From positions 62,001 to 126,000 of the forward strand of contig MU008183.1 in the NCBI GenBank assembly GCA_010909165.1: a stretch of 64,000 bases of DNA, in the 5' to 3' direction. This DNA is from Anthoceros angustus (lineage: Eukaryota > Plantae > Anthocerotophyta). Position 1 is the stretch's first letter. Every line of letters begins with the position of its first letter. A program made the position numbers and the translations under genes. The notes under the pieces are model-generated. The model made no database searches and was not told the origin of the DNA. It worked only from the letters and a program-made list of their open reading frames with translations. Positions 52,301 to 64,000 of this stretch are shown here, piece by piece.

Positions 52301-54750
52301 CGGTCGAGCAACCCTCAGGGTTACATCCGGGATCGGGACTAGACCCTCTTCCTCCTACTAGGCTCTAGTAGACTTTCTTTATTTCCTAACCTACTTCACA
52401 TTCCCACTCCACACGATTCTCTACTTAAACACAAAACAAAAAAACACTCCTTTCCGAAATTAGTACCATGTGGTCACCACAGTCCATCGGTTTTCGCCTC
52501 TGCATGTAAGGATGTGTGCAATAAATTGCCATGTCAAAAACTATTCCCAGATTTCTAGCAATTGAAAACATCGTTGTCGGCGGAGAGGCGGAGGGAGGGT
52601 CGCGGTTTTGGCCAGCCATGTCGAGATGGAGTCGAAGGGAACAAGTTTCCTTTGCTTGTGATTTCGGTCACATGGCGGCGCGAGTCAAGTGCGAGGGTGG
52701 TCTTTGTCCGGCCGCAGTGCGAGGCGAGGCAGCGGTTTGAAAGAGGCTACAATCTGCGCCTTTCAAAACCACGACGCGACCGGTTTGCCATCTCGTTTAC
52801 GCTGCCTTCACATCTTGCGCTTTATCCTAACCAAGTACGAAATGGCTTGCACATCAGGACCCGATTCGTGAGTTCGGCAATTCCTCGCGGTTCAGGAGAA
52901 CTCGACTTAGACATGGTTTGAAGTGCCTATACCTTTGCTTGAAGCGGTTAGTTTCAATATGTTCATCTTTGATAAAAGGCGAGTCTCACGCCTGTACCTT
53001 GGCCGGTGACAGCAATTTGCTGTTCGGAAGGAAGCATCTGGCGTCTTGGCGCAAAGCGTGGCGCGATGTCGTGGTTGACGGTCTGTAATTTCGGTGGACA
53101 TTGGGAGCACATGGAAATGCCATATGGGATCCGGATGCGAGATGGAGGACATGGATGTTGGGGAGGACCTCGCCTGGAGGAAAATGTCCCGGAGGTTCCA
53201 GTTCACAAGATCACGAGTCTAATGGCACACCGTGGTGCCGTGTAGCTCGCCGCGAGCCCTCCACGAAGTGTGGGGAATTTTTCGCTGCGCGGTCAGCAGG
53301 CGGAGGCACCATGTTCAGCAAACATGGGCGGCTGTATGGGCGACATGGACAACAAGGAGCTTGTCGGAGCAATACTACGGAAAAGGGGATTGCGGTGGGT
53401 CCAGGACCAACTGTTGGAGCTAACAAGTGGCGGCAAGAGGAAGGGAATGTGGCGAGCCGGGCTTTGCCACCATTGACATTGGTGGCCTCAATGTGCCACG
53501 GCAGAAGTTCATGGAAGTCATCCGCGCAAAGCGCAAAGCGAGATTCCGGCAAATGGGCGACTTGTCGCGAGCAAGGAGGAAGGAACTGCGTTAAGTGGCT
53601 TCCACGGTTCCCGATCTCTGGTGAAGTCCATGATTAGGTCGGAGTTTAGGACACCGACGCGGAACAACAAATATGTGGAGGCGGCAAAGGCATACGCCTT
53701 AGCGGAGAAGAGTAGGGAAAAAAGCTGCGACTTTGAAACCTCCAGGGGATGAAAAGGTGTGGAGGATATTGTCACATGGGCACGAGTTGAACTCGGACAA
53801 CACGGGAACTTTTGCCGTCGAAGGCATCGCTTGCGACAAAGGCGAGATTGAGAAATCCAATGGACAAGGGCCAAACCCATGGGGCCTGTGGACGTCTTGG
53901 GGAGTTCAAGTTCCAAGAAAAGTATGGGAGAGCCCCAATACCGAATGCGAATTTGGTGCACTCGGCCACTAGCAAAAATGCATGAACGTGGGATGTGATG
54001 GGCGGGGAGAACCACATGGCGGACTTTCGAAAGATCTGCATAATAAGGGCTCAGCGATGCAAAACCACAGGCCAAACGCAATTCGGGTAGTGTGCGAATT
54101 AATTCCGATTTGGATGTTGGTGCTTGGATGAAGACGGTGGGAAGAGCCGGATGGGGATGACACATACGAGGACACAAATTCCGAGGCGAGGTGCTCGGAG
54201 GACGAGGGACGGAGAAGAGTATGCGAGAGGGGAAGGGACGGGTGCGAATGGGGATGAAGACAACAGCGAGAATGGAAAAAGCGTTGGCATGTCACACATC
54301 CGCATCAGTCACTAGGTGGAGGGGCATCGGTCGGACAACGATTTCGAGAAAGTGTATACTCGTTCTCGGGCGACGAAGCGGCCGAGTGGACGTCTGGCGA
54401 GGCGGGATGGAGGGCGGCGTGGCGGTGAGCAAAGGCCTCGGCGTCGAAGGGGAAGGAGAGAGGCGAAGTCCGGTGAGGCGTCTTGATGGACTCATGAGGT
54501 TTGGGCTGCACTGTTAGTTGCACTGTTTCTTCTCATGCGAGCTGGCCGGTCATGGGCGTCGTCAATGTGGAGGGCTGCAACCATCCGCCAAGAGAACCAA
54601 CAATGGAAAGGCACAAAGCGGAAAGGAGCACGGCTGTATCACGGAATGCGAAAAGAGCCAAAGGCCGCAAAAGTGTCATAGCGCGATCAAATCGCCCGCG
54701 CGAGTATAATTAGATCTCGAGGCGCGAAACTACAAAACCATGAAATGATA
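49361..54750 (+). repeat. Copy 2 of the 5390-bp tandem duplication
   Basis: As for copy 1; ends at tgaaatgata (54750). Confidence 0.97.
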
Positions 54751-55273
54751 TGGACATGGTGCTTATTGGTGTAACCCACAGTGTATTGTGATTTTGACCG
54801 AAATAACGACTTCGTATAGCATCGACTTTGTATGCACGTATGTATGAAATGACGCGGACATGAAAGGCACCCCGACCGTGAGATCGGTATGTTCGAGAGA
54901 GGCGTACATGGGGCCGTAGGATGTACATGCCACATGTCCGGGCGGGCGATGGCCGGTCGGGACATGAGCCGTTGCACCGAAAGGGCAGGCGTCTGTGGTG
55001 GAATGATTCGGAGCGGATGGGGATGTCGGTAGCGTGTTAAGTTTGAAAAAAACCCGATGGGTAATTAATGCGTGGACCGGAAGGCCACAAACTCGACAAG
55101 GGGCGGAACGACTCCGACCCTGGCCGGGCCTAAAGTGTGTAACAAATTTTGTTGTCACGACCTTCATATTCGGCGGATCGGCCTAATGCATGTTACAAAA
55201 CCGCCATAAGCGTTACAAAAACCCGAATCCCGTTATAAAACACCATAACATGGACACCATGTTTCTAGTAGTG
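52481..55273 (+). mobile_element. CACTA family B, copy B: 3' part with an intact terminus
   Basis: Colinear with 35961-38727. Ends in gtttctagtagtg, whose reverse complement is CACTACTAGAAAC. Confidence 0.88.
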
Positions 55274-55691
55274 CATCTTAGCTGATTTTTCAGAATCGCG
55301 AGTTTATCGTGCAATTTCTTCTAAGGCAAGTTTGGCTTCAAGCTTTCCTCTCTCGATTTCTAATCGAGCCTTTTGGCTTCCTTCCTCTGCGTAATAAGCG
55401 GTTTGCCATGCTCCATCATGCCTTCCAACATTCTTCTGTGGATCTTTCGATCCGCGTGGTGAAGGCATCAACTATAGCTCTTTTATTTTGCTCGGTACTT
55501 CTAGGGGAGGCACTAGTCACACCATTACCACCACTACTTCCAGCTCCCATAGTCTCATGCACCAAGTGTCTCCATCCATTGCTTCGTACTTGATGGAGTC
55601 TCCATCCATTCTGCTCCAAACTCGGGGCACTTGGATAGGGTGTGGTCCATAAACATTTATATAGTCATCCATATCTAGTGTGTCACTTAGT

Positions 55692-55759
55692 GACATAATT
55701 TTGAAGGGTTGAATAATCTCGAAGGGGTTTTCCGTAAATAGTCTACGAAGGGTTTTGAT
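55692..55759. repeat. Short third copy of the start of the 38860/56983 repeat
   Basis: ataattttgaaggg.tgaataatctcgaagggg.tttccgtaaata.tctacgaagggttttgat. Confidence 0.85.
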
Positions 55760-56230
55760 CACGGCCTCAGCTCGCCATCTCTCTCTCCAGGATTAAGCAG
55801 CAACTCTGCCCGATTTCACGCTTCATCCAGGTCCCTCTCCATTTCGGCGACGTCCTGCTCCTTGTTCCATCGCCTTACCTCTTCTGTCCGCCAACAGAGC
55901 TGGAGTCGCTCTATCTCCTGCTCGTGATCCGCGATCACGCCCCGCAGGGCCCCGCTCCGCTCAATTGTATCTTGGAGCTGAGGGCTAGGCGCGAGGCCAT
56001 AATTGTTGAGGACCCACTCCCGGCGGTCCCATATGTGCACATGGCTAACACTCTCGGCGCCCCGAATACTTGGGACTCCCGGGACATGCCTCTCTGATGT
56101 GGCAGCCACACATAAATGGCTGGCCACCCTCGACTGAATCAGTCCGAGAGTCCCAGCCATGAGGACTCTCGCAATCCCGGTGCCCCAAAGACTCGGGACA
56201 CTTTCCTTGCCTTCACCTCGCACGACACCA
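55760..56230 (-). mobile_element. Diverged fragment related to the gag-protease element
   Basis: cacggcctca-gctcgccatctctctctccagg...gcaactctgccc...ggtccctctcca matches 45562-45637. Coiled-coil-like translation EQEIERLQ...DVAEMERDLDEA. Confidence 0.6.
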
Positions 56231-56529
56231 TCTTTGTGAGCGACCAAGGCTGCGTCGTGATCGGAAGTGTGAAAGATGGTGTGTTTTTTCTCATTCTCTT
56301 GTGCAAGCAAGCTACGCATGGCCTAATATATGTAAGTCATAATGTGCATGGGTGCACGATAAGTGGTTGTAAGCCCTAGTGTTAATGCGGACGCAAGCAC
56401 ACCAGTGCTCACATAAAACCTATTTAAGGACGCTGCCATGCCGGCGCCCCATGGAGGGAGCATAAGAGCACAGGGTGCTAGCATATTGGCACCTTCATTA
56501 GTATATATTATTTGCATATCATAAAGTTT

Positions 56530-56606
56530 TGTTGTCTCCTAAAGTTGGTAAAGTATAATAAACTCGGCTAAGAATCATAGGTCGTGAGTTCGAGATCCAA
56601 TTGTAG
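56530..56606 (+). other. Degenerate tRNA-like or SINE-head sequence
   Basis: agttggta (A-box/D-loop-like) and aatcataggtcgtgagttcgagatcc (T-arm/B-box-like). No convincing cloverleaf. Confidence 0.3.
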
Positions 56607-56982
56607 CTTTTATACTAGTTAAGTTGAGTTTCTTTTAGGCGACATGCACCCATCGTCTTGCCGTCATTTTTGTCAAAGCGGACAAAACGCCGCGATATGA
56701 AGACCCAAATGCGTAAACCGAGAAAATTAAGAATCACGGGTTTTGGGACTGTACAGTAAATCTGAAATTGGTCCGGGGTTTTTGAAAGCGGCTTCGTATA
56801 TTCAGCCACTTCAAATATTATCATGTTAAAGGGCATTCTAGCACTTGCATCTAAAGAGGAGAAGGCGAGTTTGGAGGGCAAGGAGAGTGAGCGCGTAGAG
56901 GAAGCGTGCAAACCATCTGAGCCACAAAGACATGAGTGCTTCACAGGCGCCGAGTTGAAGAGCAATCAACGGTGTCAGCTAA

Positions 56983-59215
56983 GAACATCATAATTTTTGA
57001 AGGGGGTGAATAATCTTGAAGAGGGTTTTCCGTAAATAATCTCTGAAGGGGGTTTTTGATGGGCCCTAGAACGGGGTTTTTGATGGGCCCTAGAACAGCG
57101 TTTTTAAGGCATTCCGGAAAAAATCTCCGAAAAAAAGGGTGTCACCCACTAAAGTTACTACTTTCCATCCGGCCAATGTTTACATGTCGATGGTATAAAC
57201 TCGAACCTATGGGATTAATGCAAAGTAGGAGCAGGAAGGCCGTTCTGCGGGAAGGGACGTATGTCGATTTTGGGAGGAAAATGTGGTATAGTAAGGACAC
57301 AACAAAAGCCACCAGACGGTATTTCAAAACACGGTAACATAACAGACGTACAACATTCACTCTGGGACCGGGACAAAGCAAGTGATTTCAATTTCACTCA
57401 TCACCAGAGTTCAATCCTTCCATCACTTGGTCCATCTTCTCGGCATTGTCATCACTATCTTGACACTTTGATTTCGCAGGTTGTATGAAGCCTCTACACT
57501 CGAGCTTATCCCTAATCGCTTTTTGTCCACATTATACACATGTTTCGTACGTTCAACACAAACCCACAATACAAGATGGTTTGTTCATTCACAAACACCT
57601 CCTGCTTTTTTGGGTAATGGACCTTATTCCTTTTTTCCTCGGCATCGGACGGATGGGTTGGCACTGGCCGGACTATGTATTCCTACACATATCTCCCTTA
57701 AATCGCATCACGCTTGATCCGATACGATGGATAAGAAAGTGAGGTCGTGGTGCATCTAGCTTCGCATCAATGAGTCTCCCCAATCCAGAATGGCTGATGT
57801 ATAGTGCACGCGAAACATAAATATAGCACCAAGCACACAAGCATAAACCCTAAACCCTAAACCCTAAACCCCCTCCTCCCCGCCCCTCCCCGCTCAATGC
57901 CAATTTGGGGTTATGCAGTGGTGGAGAAGAACACTAGCACACCCTCCCATGGCGCCGGGCCCGGCCGTGTCTCCCCGCCCCAACCCCCGGCTCACCAATG
58001 TTTATTGCGGGTTATACAGCAGGTGGGAGAACACTTTGTGTTCCTCATCACATATGAAGATATTCAAGGGAATTTTATCCCTCTATTTACAACAGCACGA
58101 TCTTCACTTCGCCGCTTTTTCTCTTTTCATGATCCTATTTCTGTAGGTGTTTGCCTAAAGCAAATGTGGGAGAAGCCGACTCAACATTTTCAAGAGTTCA
58201 ACATGCCTGACATTACATAATGATTCACGTCACTAGTTCTCAGGTCAGATTCAGAATAGCGGTTAATTTTTCATAATACCTTCTTTGTATGTATGACAAT
58301 TCAATCCCATGACGGAAATCCATCCTTAGTGGACTTAAATAAAATTCTTCTTCTTCTTCTTCTCCCCATGGGCTGTCTTTAAGAAAATGAATATTTAGCG
58401 GCTCAAAATTCTTGCAACTTGGGAGTGTTAGTCAACTGCTTGGGAAAAAGCTCTAGTAATGAATAGATTCAGTATTCAAAACCTATATCTTTTGAATAAC
58501 TCAACTTTATTGGTTTTAAGGATGCTTGCATGAGCGCATGGGCAACTAACTTTGTTCATTTTAAGGATGCTAGCATTGCCTTAAAGCCTAAGTGGTTGCA
58601 TTGAGTGCCAGAAGGTGCCATTGGCGAGCTTTAAGATGAGGGTCAGCAGACCCTAAATGTTGTGTGGCAGTCGACACCGTCTGAAGCTCAGCCCAAGAAT
58701 TATACTAATGAATACGAGCAAGCATTGGAGGAGAATGAAAGCTTTGACGCAGAGGATATAGACCGCCTTCGGAAGTTGTTGGTGGTCCTTGACTCAGTAA
58801 CGGCGCAAGGCATAGACGAGTCGCTTGGCCGCACTCTTGAATGACTATTGTCGATGCTGATGACCACTTCCTCCTTTAGCAGTTGTTTGTTGCAATGTTC
58901 TCACGACCATTGAAATGAGACTCCATGATCTGAGGATTGTTTTCATTGTGTTTCACCACTTGAAAATAAAAGTTTTCGGTTGTAATAAACATATGAAAAT
59001 GGTAGCCCTCTATGCATTCTATGCGGGGCCCACACCCTACGTGCTCTAGTTAAGTGTAGACTTGAAAGTGCATCTTTATCAAAGATATGTGGGCTCGAGA
59101 AAGGGTGTGCGCATTATCAAAGTAGGCGATATCTTTGTGCAAGAGGTGTACATCGTGACAAGGGGTCTTTGTCTCGATCAAGTTCTATATTTCCCTTCAA
59201 AATTATCATATTTAA
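56983..59215. repeat. Unclassified dispersed repeat, copy 2, with a different middle
   Basis: See 38860-41030. The motif ctagcacaccctcccatgg is also shared (~40017 and ~57934). Confidence 0.85.
57844..57871 (-). repeat. Interstitial plant-type telomeric repeat (TAAACCC)x4
   Basis: taaaccc four times in tandem. Confidence 0.9.
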
Positions 59216-59319
59216 GGGAGTTGTTGGAGGCATTGCAACATGTGTTTGCTTTCACATTGCGGAGATGAGGAAGTACACCAAGGGGAAGTTCCACATAGAA
59301 CTCACTATGGATGAACCAG

Positions 59320-59592
59320 CATTTCGCAGGAGGCATAGGCTCAGCAAGGCAAGAAGAAAACGGCGAGCAACCGGCTGGGAGGAAGAGTAACTGGACAACT
59401 GTTGTCCATATGACATGTTGGCCATGCATAAGGATGCTGAAGACAACTCTCCACTCATCGCTTGTGGATGCAGTGGCCGTGACCTTCCTAAGGTCTGGGG
59501 AATTAGCACAAGGGCTTTCACCTCAGAAGCAGGCCAAGTACGGAAGAAGGTGGCTCAGTACTATTGGAAGGAGGACATAGTGTATGGACAAG
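59320..59592 (+). pseudogene. Gypsy pol fragment (RNase H-integrase connector)
   Basis: DAVAVTFLRSGEL...QVRKKVAQYYWKEDIV parallels RDIWKNEQAI...YTYENGKVW at ~11330-11460. Confidence 0.45.
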
Positions 59593-59715
59593 GTTCATAA
59601 CCTCTGAATGAGGTTCCCGATGGTTCATAACCTTTGGATGAGGTTCCCGATGGTTCATAACCTTTGGATGGGGTTCTCGATGGTTCATAACCTTTGGATG
59701 AGGTTCCCAATGGTT
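59592..59715 (+). repeat. 30-bp minisatellite x4
   Basis: ggttcataacctttggatgaggttcccgat four times with few substitutions and no spacers. Confidence 0.95.
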
Positions 59716-59804
59716 TGTGCAATGCGCTACATGAGGTGCGTACGTGTGTAGTCCTACTAATAATAATGTTTTGACTTAAAGTTTCACATTATCAGGGGGG
59801 ATTA

Positions 59805-60280
59805 GTTTGCATCTATATTTGCATATTGGATTTGTTTTGCTTGGTTGTTTGTTGTGGAAGTGGTTATATAAATGCAAGTGCTTACCTCGTGCGACAGTTG
59901 TCATGCTGTGTGACATTAATCTTTGCACTTGGGTTTAGTGTTTGATTAACAGTACTTGATCTAATTACTTATCTTTAAGTAAGTAATTAGTATTAATTAA
60001 TTGTATATGTAGACCCTTTCACATAGGACAAGCTCAGAGAATAGCTTGTCCTCTTAATATGCAATGCAAGAGTGTGGTGAGGAGGCCAAAGCTATGACTC
60101 TGAGAGCGATGTGTGAGGAATTTGCGTGTTGTTCTTGTGGGGAGAGTATGTTTGTGCCACGACGTGCGAGCCATTCTCTCCTATTGTTATTGGTTTGCAC
60201 CTGTACGTATTAGATTTGTTTTGCGTGGTGGTCTATTGAGGATGTGCTCATATGAATGCAAGTGCTTACCTCGTGCGACA
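59805..60280 (+). repeat. Two diverged ~90-bp direct repeats ending ...gcaagtgcttacctcgtgcgaca (LTR-end-like)
   Basis: ~59805-59896 and ~60193-60280. The interval 59899-60280 is bounded TGTCA...CGACA. Confidence 0.6.
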
Positions 60281-60659
60281 CTAATCTCCTCAAGATAAAA
60301 CTCTCCTTAACACGAAGCTCTTCTCAACACCACTACTATCCAATGCACAACAAGACGTCCTCCTCTATACTAAACACTCCATATGCCAAGCAAGAAAATG
60401 AGAGGCAATCCTCAATGCCATTTGAACTCTCCTCTTAATAAAAGTACTCTTCTACACATAAGAGATTAGAAAAAAAGCCCCCTTTATATATTAGTGAAAA
60501 AATACACCCACTACGTTTTTCCTTTAGATAACTTTTGGAGGCTTAGGGTTAACTTTTCATAAGCCCGTATCTGAAGTGTTGCTTAGTGATGTGGCAAATA
60601 AAATAAAGTGAAATTTTCACCAGAGGGCTTCAATCCATCCTCTCTGATACCTCTATTGC

Positions 60660-61370
60660 TAGATCTGTAAGGGCTCCTCTCCGCTCCTACTCTAGAAAAG
60701 GTGCTGGGTCATGGTTGTTAGCTCGTCCATGCATCCAAGCTTTTTGAAATGGAACTTACTACCTTCTCTACTACAATGAGATTTGGCTTGGGCTTGGTTC
60801 AACCATTGGGATCATCTCTTATATCCTGCAACTATCGCTCAGCCCTGGACGCGTCTAGGCCTCACGTAGCCTGTTGCAAATATGGAGGACAGCGTATTGC
60901 CATAGATGATGCCATCAGGGATTTCATGTTCACAATGGCCAAGGAAAGTGGTTGTCGAGCTTGGTGGTAGTATCCTTTGCGAACAGGTCACATTGTTAGA
61001 GCACATCTATACATGGACAAGGCATACTACGTCTCCATGGCAAGTGTGGTGATTTTGGACCCTACTCGAGACCTTGGTGGTAGTGCACGTCATCCTTAAC
61101 TCGTCTTGATAAGTAGCAAAGTGCGTGGCGAACGATAAGGTCTCTTAAAACAAGGCGATGCAAGAGGCCACCTTTTCATCCCCCTTGTTGAGACAAACTG
61201 GGTTATTAGGAAGGATATCCACAAATTCATCGAGGGGTGCGCCAAGGCTGGCTATTACTTGTGCGGAGGGCACAGAGTAGGGCTGCTTCTTTCATACTTG
61301 GTGGCCTCCTTAGACAACGGGTGTCCATTGCTCTTCTCAGACCTTTGGCAGATACTATATTTTGAACGAC
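60660..61370 (+). mobile_element. 3' remnant of a CRE-like non-LTR retrotransposon (CCHC plus restriction-like endonuclease)
   Basis: RAPLRSYSRKGAGSWLLARP, MRFGLGL, C....LD....H...CKYGG....DDAIRD, RA(D)LY, (D)VVILDP, FIPLVET and RQRVSIAL appear in the canonical order. Confidence 0.8.
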
Positions 61371-62050
61371 AATGAGTGCAAGAGATGCTTCATCAATAAC
61401 TCTGGTAGAAGGTAGCCCACAACATATCTTAACCTTTGACATGGTAAGAATGGAAGGAGATTTTTGGTCGAACTTTTATGGAAAATAAGACTCCAACTTA
61501 TGTAGAGTACTTGTGTAGATGAGAAAATATCTTTATTCACAACATAAAGAAAACACTTCTTATCTCCGTACCCCTTCCTTCCATGAAACTTGCGTTTAGC
61601 CGATGATGATTTTTTGCCACCTTCTACCCTGTTGTCTCATGGAAACTCTTTACCCACAATTTTGGGCATCTTTCATGAGGGTTTTAGCCATGACATTTCT
61701 AAAAGACTTATGACATTATTTTGCCATCTTGCAATCCTTCTTTTTATCCATCCTTTCGTATTGAGTTTTATCCTTCCTTTTCTATGGAGGTCTTTTGCCC
61801 AAGGTAGGGGATGACCATATGATAGAGGCCAAACCCCGCGCAGGCTTGAGGCCTTATAATTTACCTATTTTACATCTTATATTACCACCATAAATTATGG
61901 TGTAATTACCAATATCCCTTGGTAAAGGGTCCGTGAGGGTACTTTTTATTGCACTTAAATTACACCAAATTTACACCAAATTGCAAGTTTACACATGTAA
62001 ATTTGGTAAAATTATATGACATACATAATTTATATTATATACATAATATA

Positions 62051-62169
62051 TATGTAAAATAAATTCAAGTAAATATACGGAATATGCTAGTAATATGTAA
62101 TATGTATGTAAAATAAATTCAAGTAAATATACGGAATATGCTAGTAATATGTAATATGTATGTAAAATA
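62051..62169 (+). repeat. 54-bp AT-rich tandem repeat x2.2
   Basis: tatgtaaaataaattcaagtaaatatacggaatatgctagtaatatgtaatatg twice, plus a partial copy. Confidence 0.95.
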
Positions 62170-62224
62170 TTGTAGTTTCAAGTAAAAATGCATGAAAATA
62201 AACTTATAAGGTCAAAATGGAAGT

Positions 62225-62930
62225 AGAATCTCCTTCTTCATTGTTTCTACTCTCCTCCTGAAATGCAGACTCCCCTTCTTCATTGTCCTCCTTTTCATCA
62301 TGGCGGACATCTTCCATGCCACTTTCTTCAACCACTTGTATAGGTTCAAGACTTTCTAAGAACACCGTCTAATCCTCCTAATCGGTTGGTTCAATAGTAG
62401 CATTGTGCCATTTTAACGTTCTACTGTTGCACTAGACAGAAACAAGCATACCAACTTTGTTCATGATGTTGCTCCATTATCACGCCAAACATGTTTCCAT
62501 GCGCTCCAGTTTCTTTTCCCTCCTGTTGCAATTGGAGGAATGTTCAACAACATCGTTGCTACATCTGCAAGTTGTGGATATTCCTCTCCATATGCTTCCT
62601 GCCATTCCAAACAATTATACATCAGCCCTTCTTAGAAATGCATCTCCTCATTGATGCATAACTTACCAAGTTTAAGCCAATAGTTATTGAACTGCAACAG
62701 AACACAATGAGCTTCTCTAGTATTAGGTGCCAACTGCTTCATAACCCGCTCACCTTTCAATCTATCAACTGGTGAAATGCTAAGCAGCAACTTTCTATGC
62801 TTAGGATCTAACTTCGCAGCAGTAAAGCCATCATGCCAACCATATTTCTCGAAAAAGCCTCCTTCATACCGCCACCACCCACATTCCACAATACTCTAGA
62901 AGCCGCATTCTGCCAAAGCCACCGGTGCTC
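62225..62930 (-). pseudogene. hAT transposase C-terminus (dimerisation domain) with acidic tail
   Basis: AAKLDP...EWQEAYGEEYPQLADVATMLLNIPPIATGGKRNWSAWKHVW fits W..YG..P.L..VA..LL..P....ERNWS. Confidence 0.85.
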
Positions 62931-63403
62931 CGGTCTGTCTTACATTAGAATGGTCATCTTACCTTATCTTACTAATGTAATTATTGTAATAATAAAATAT
63001 AGCAAATACCTATTTCATTTAACACACGTACGTAATTTTAGAATAAATAGCTAATCACATGTCATGGAACTATATTTTTTACTATAGTAAGATATATCTA
63101 TAAAATAATATTTTACCTTACTATGATAATTACTACTATAATTACTACGGTACTAAGAGTTTTCCCCGTAATATTCACAAGCCTAACCCCGCGAGAGTTT
63201 GGTGGGAGAGTGGCACCACCTGCTTCCTCGGCTTCCTTGTCTTGAGCTAAGGCTTATCATGCCTGCAAGCACGGTGCGGGGCTGTCCTTGTCTTACTTCA
63301 CGACGTTTTCCAAATAGCGGGTCTCAATTGTTCTTCAACGGGCCCTTTCCACAGGGATCAACCACAGAGTGGTGACAACAGTTGATCCATCCTCCTCTTG
63401 CTT

Positions 63404-64000
63404 AGTTGTTTGTAGGGCGTTTATTCTTCCCGCATACGATATTGTAGGGGCAATCGGTGATTTCTGGTAGGGGGTAGCAAACTTCCTCAGTTGTTTGTAG
63501 GCCGTTTACTCTTCCCTTGTCGACATTGTAGGTGCAATTGGTGATTTCTGGTAGGGGGCAGCGAACTTCCTCAGTTATATGCCGAATTTCCGGTAGGGGC
63601 CAGCAAACTTCCTCAATTGTTTGTAGGCCGTTTACTCTTCCCGCATACGGCTTCCCGCATACGATATTGTAGGGGCAATCGGTGATTTCTGGTAGGGGGT
63701 AGCAAACTTCCTCAGTTGTTTGTAGGCCGTTTACTCTTCCCGCATACGACATTGTAGGTGCAATTGGTGATTTCTGGTAGGGGGCAGCGAACTTCCTCAG
63801 TTATATGCCGAATTTCCGGTAGGGGCCAGCGAACTTCCTCAATTGTTTGTAGGCCGTTTACTCTTCCCGCATACGACATTGTAGGTGCAATTGGTGATTT
63901 CTGGTAGGGGGCAGCGAATTTCCTCAGTTGTATGCCGAATTTTCAATAGGGGCCAGTGAACTTCCTCAATTGTAGGCCGTTTACTCTTCCCGCATATGAT
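63404..64000. repeat. Satellite/minisatellite with ~85-bp and 42-bp subunits, running off the window
   Basis: All units end ggtagggg..agc(g/a)aacttcctc. 85-bp spacing at 63404/63489 and 63714/63799, followed by 42-bp units. Confidence 0.92.

Noticed and set aside
59592-59715. CRISPR-like 30-bp repeats
   Set aside because: The units are head-to-tail with no unique spacers, there are no cas genes, and the context is eukaryotic TE sequence.
61823-63206. hAT TIR pair (ccaaaccccgcg / cgcgagagtttgg)
   Set aside because: Only a partial inverted match, with mismatched terminal bases and no 8-bp TSD, so element ends are not called.
63402-63752. Repeat-protein ORF (EEVCYPLPEITDCPYN)
   Set aside because: The 85-bp unit is not a multiple of 3 and the frame changes between units, so it is most likely a by-product of the satellite.

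Overview
This window is eukaryotic, transposon-dense DNA, most likely from a green plant or streptophyte alga (inferred from TTTAGGG-type repeats and plant-type CACTA and Ty3 elements). I recognise no ordinary host gene. Main contents: (1) a Ty3/Gypsy element with gag, protease, RT, RNase H and an integrase ending in a PHD finger, present twice because 73-13268 is tandemly repeated at 13269-26569; (2) a 4.7-kb CACTA with both TIRs and a CTT target-site duplication, inserted just downstream of that integrase; (3) a second CACTA family with TnpD (DUF4218/DUF4216-like) and a TnpA-like ORF, in two diverged copies; (4) a minus-strand gag+protease retroelement with no visible RT or integrase; (5) an exact 5390-bp tandem duplication; (6) remnants of a CRE-like RLE non-LTR retrotransposon, a hAT transposase and another Gypsy, plus several minisatellites. 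All coding regions are heavily frameshifted. The duplicated copies differ mainly by small indels in patches, which suggests unpolished long-read consensus error, so pseudogene status cannot be judged. Domain calls come from motif recognition by eye across frames, and internal domain coordinates are approximate. The most interesting leads are chromatin-related modules on transposons: a PHD-tipped integrase (well supported), and a possible C5-methyltransferase motif and a RING-like plus RRSARL module in CACTA contexts (both speculative).
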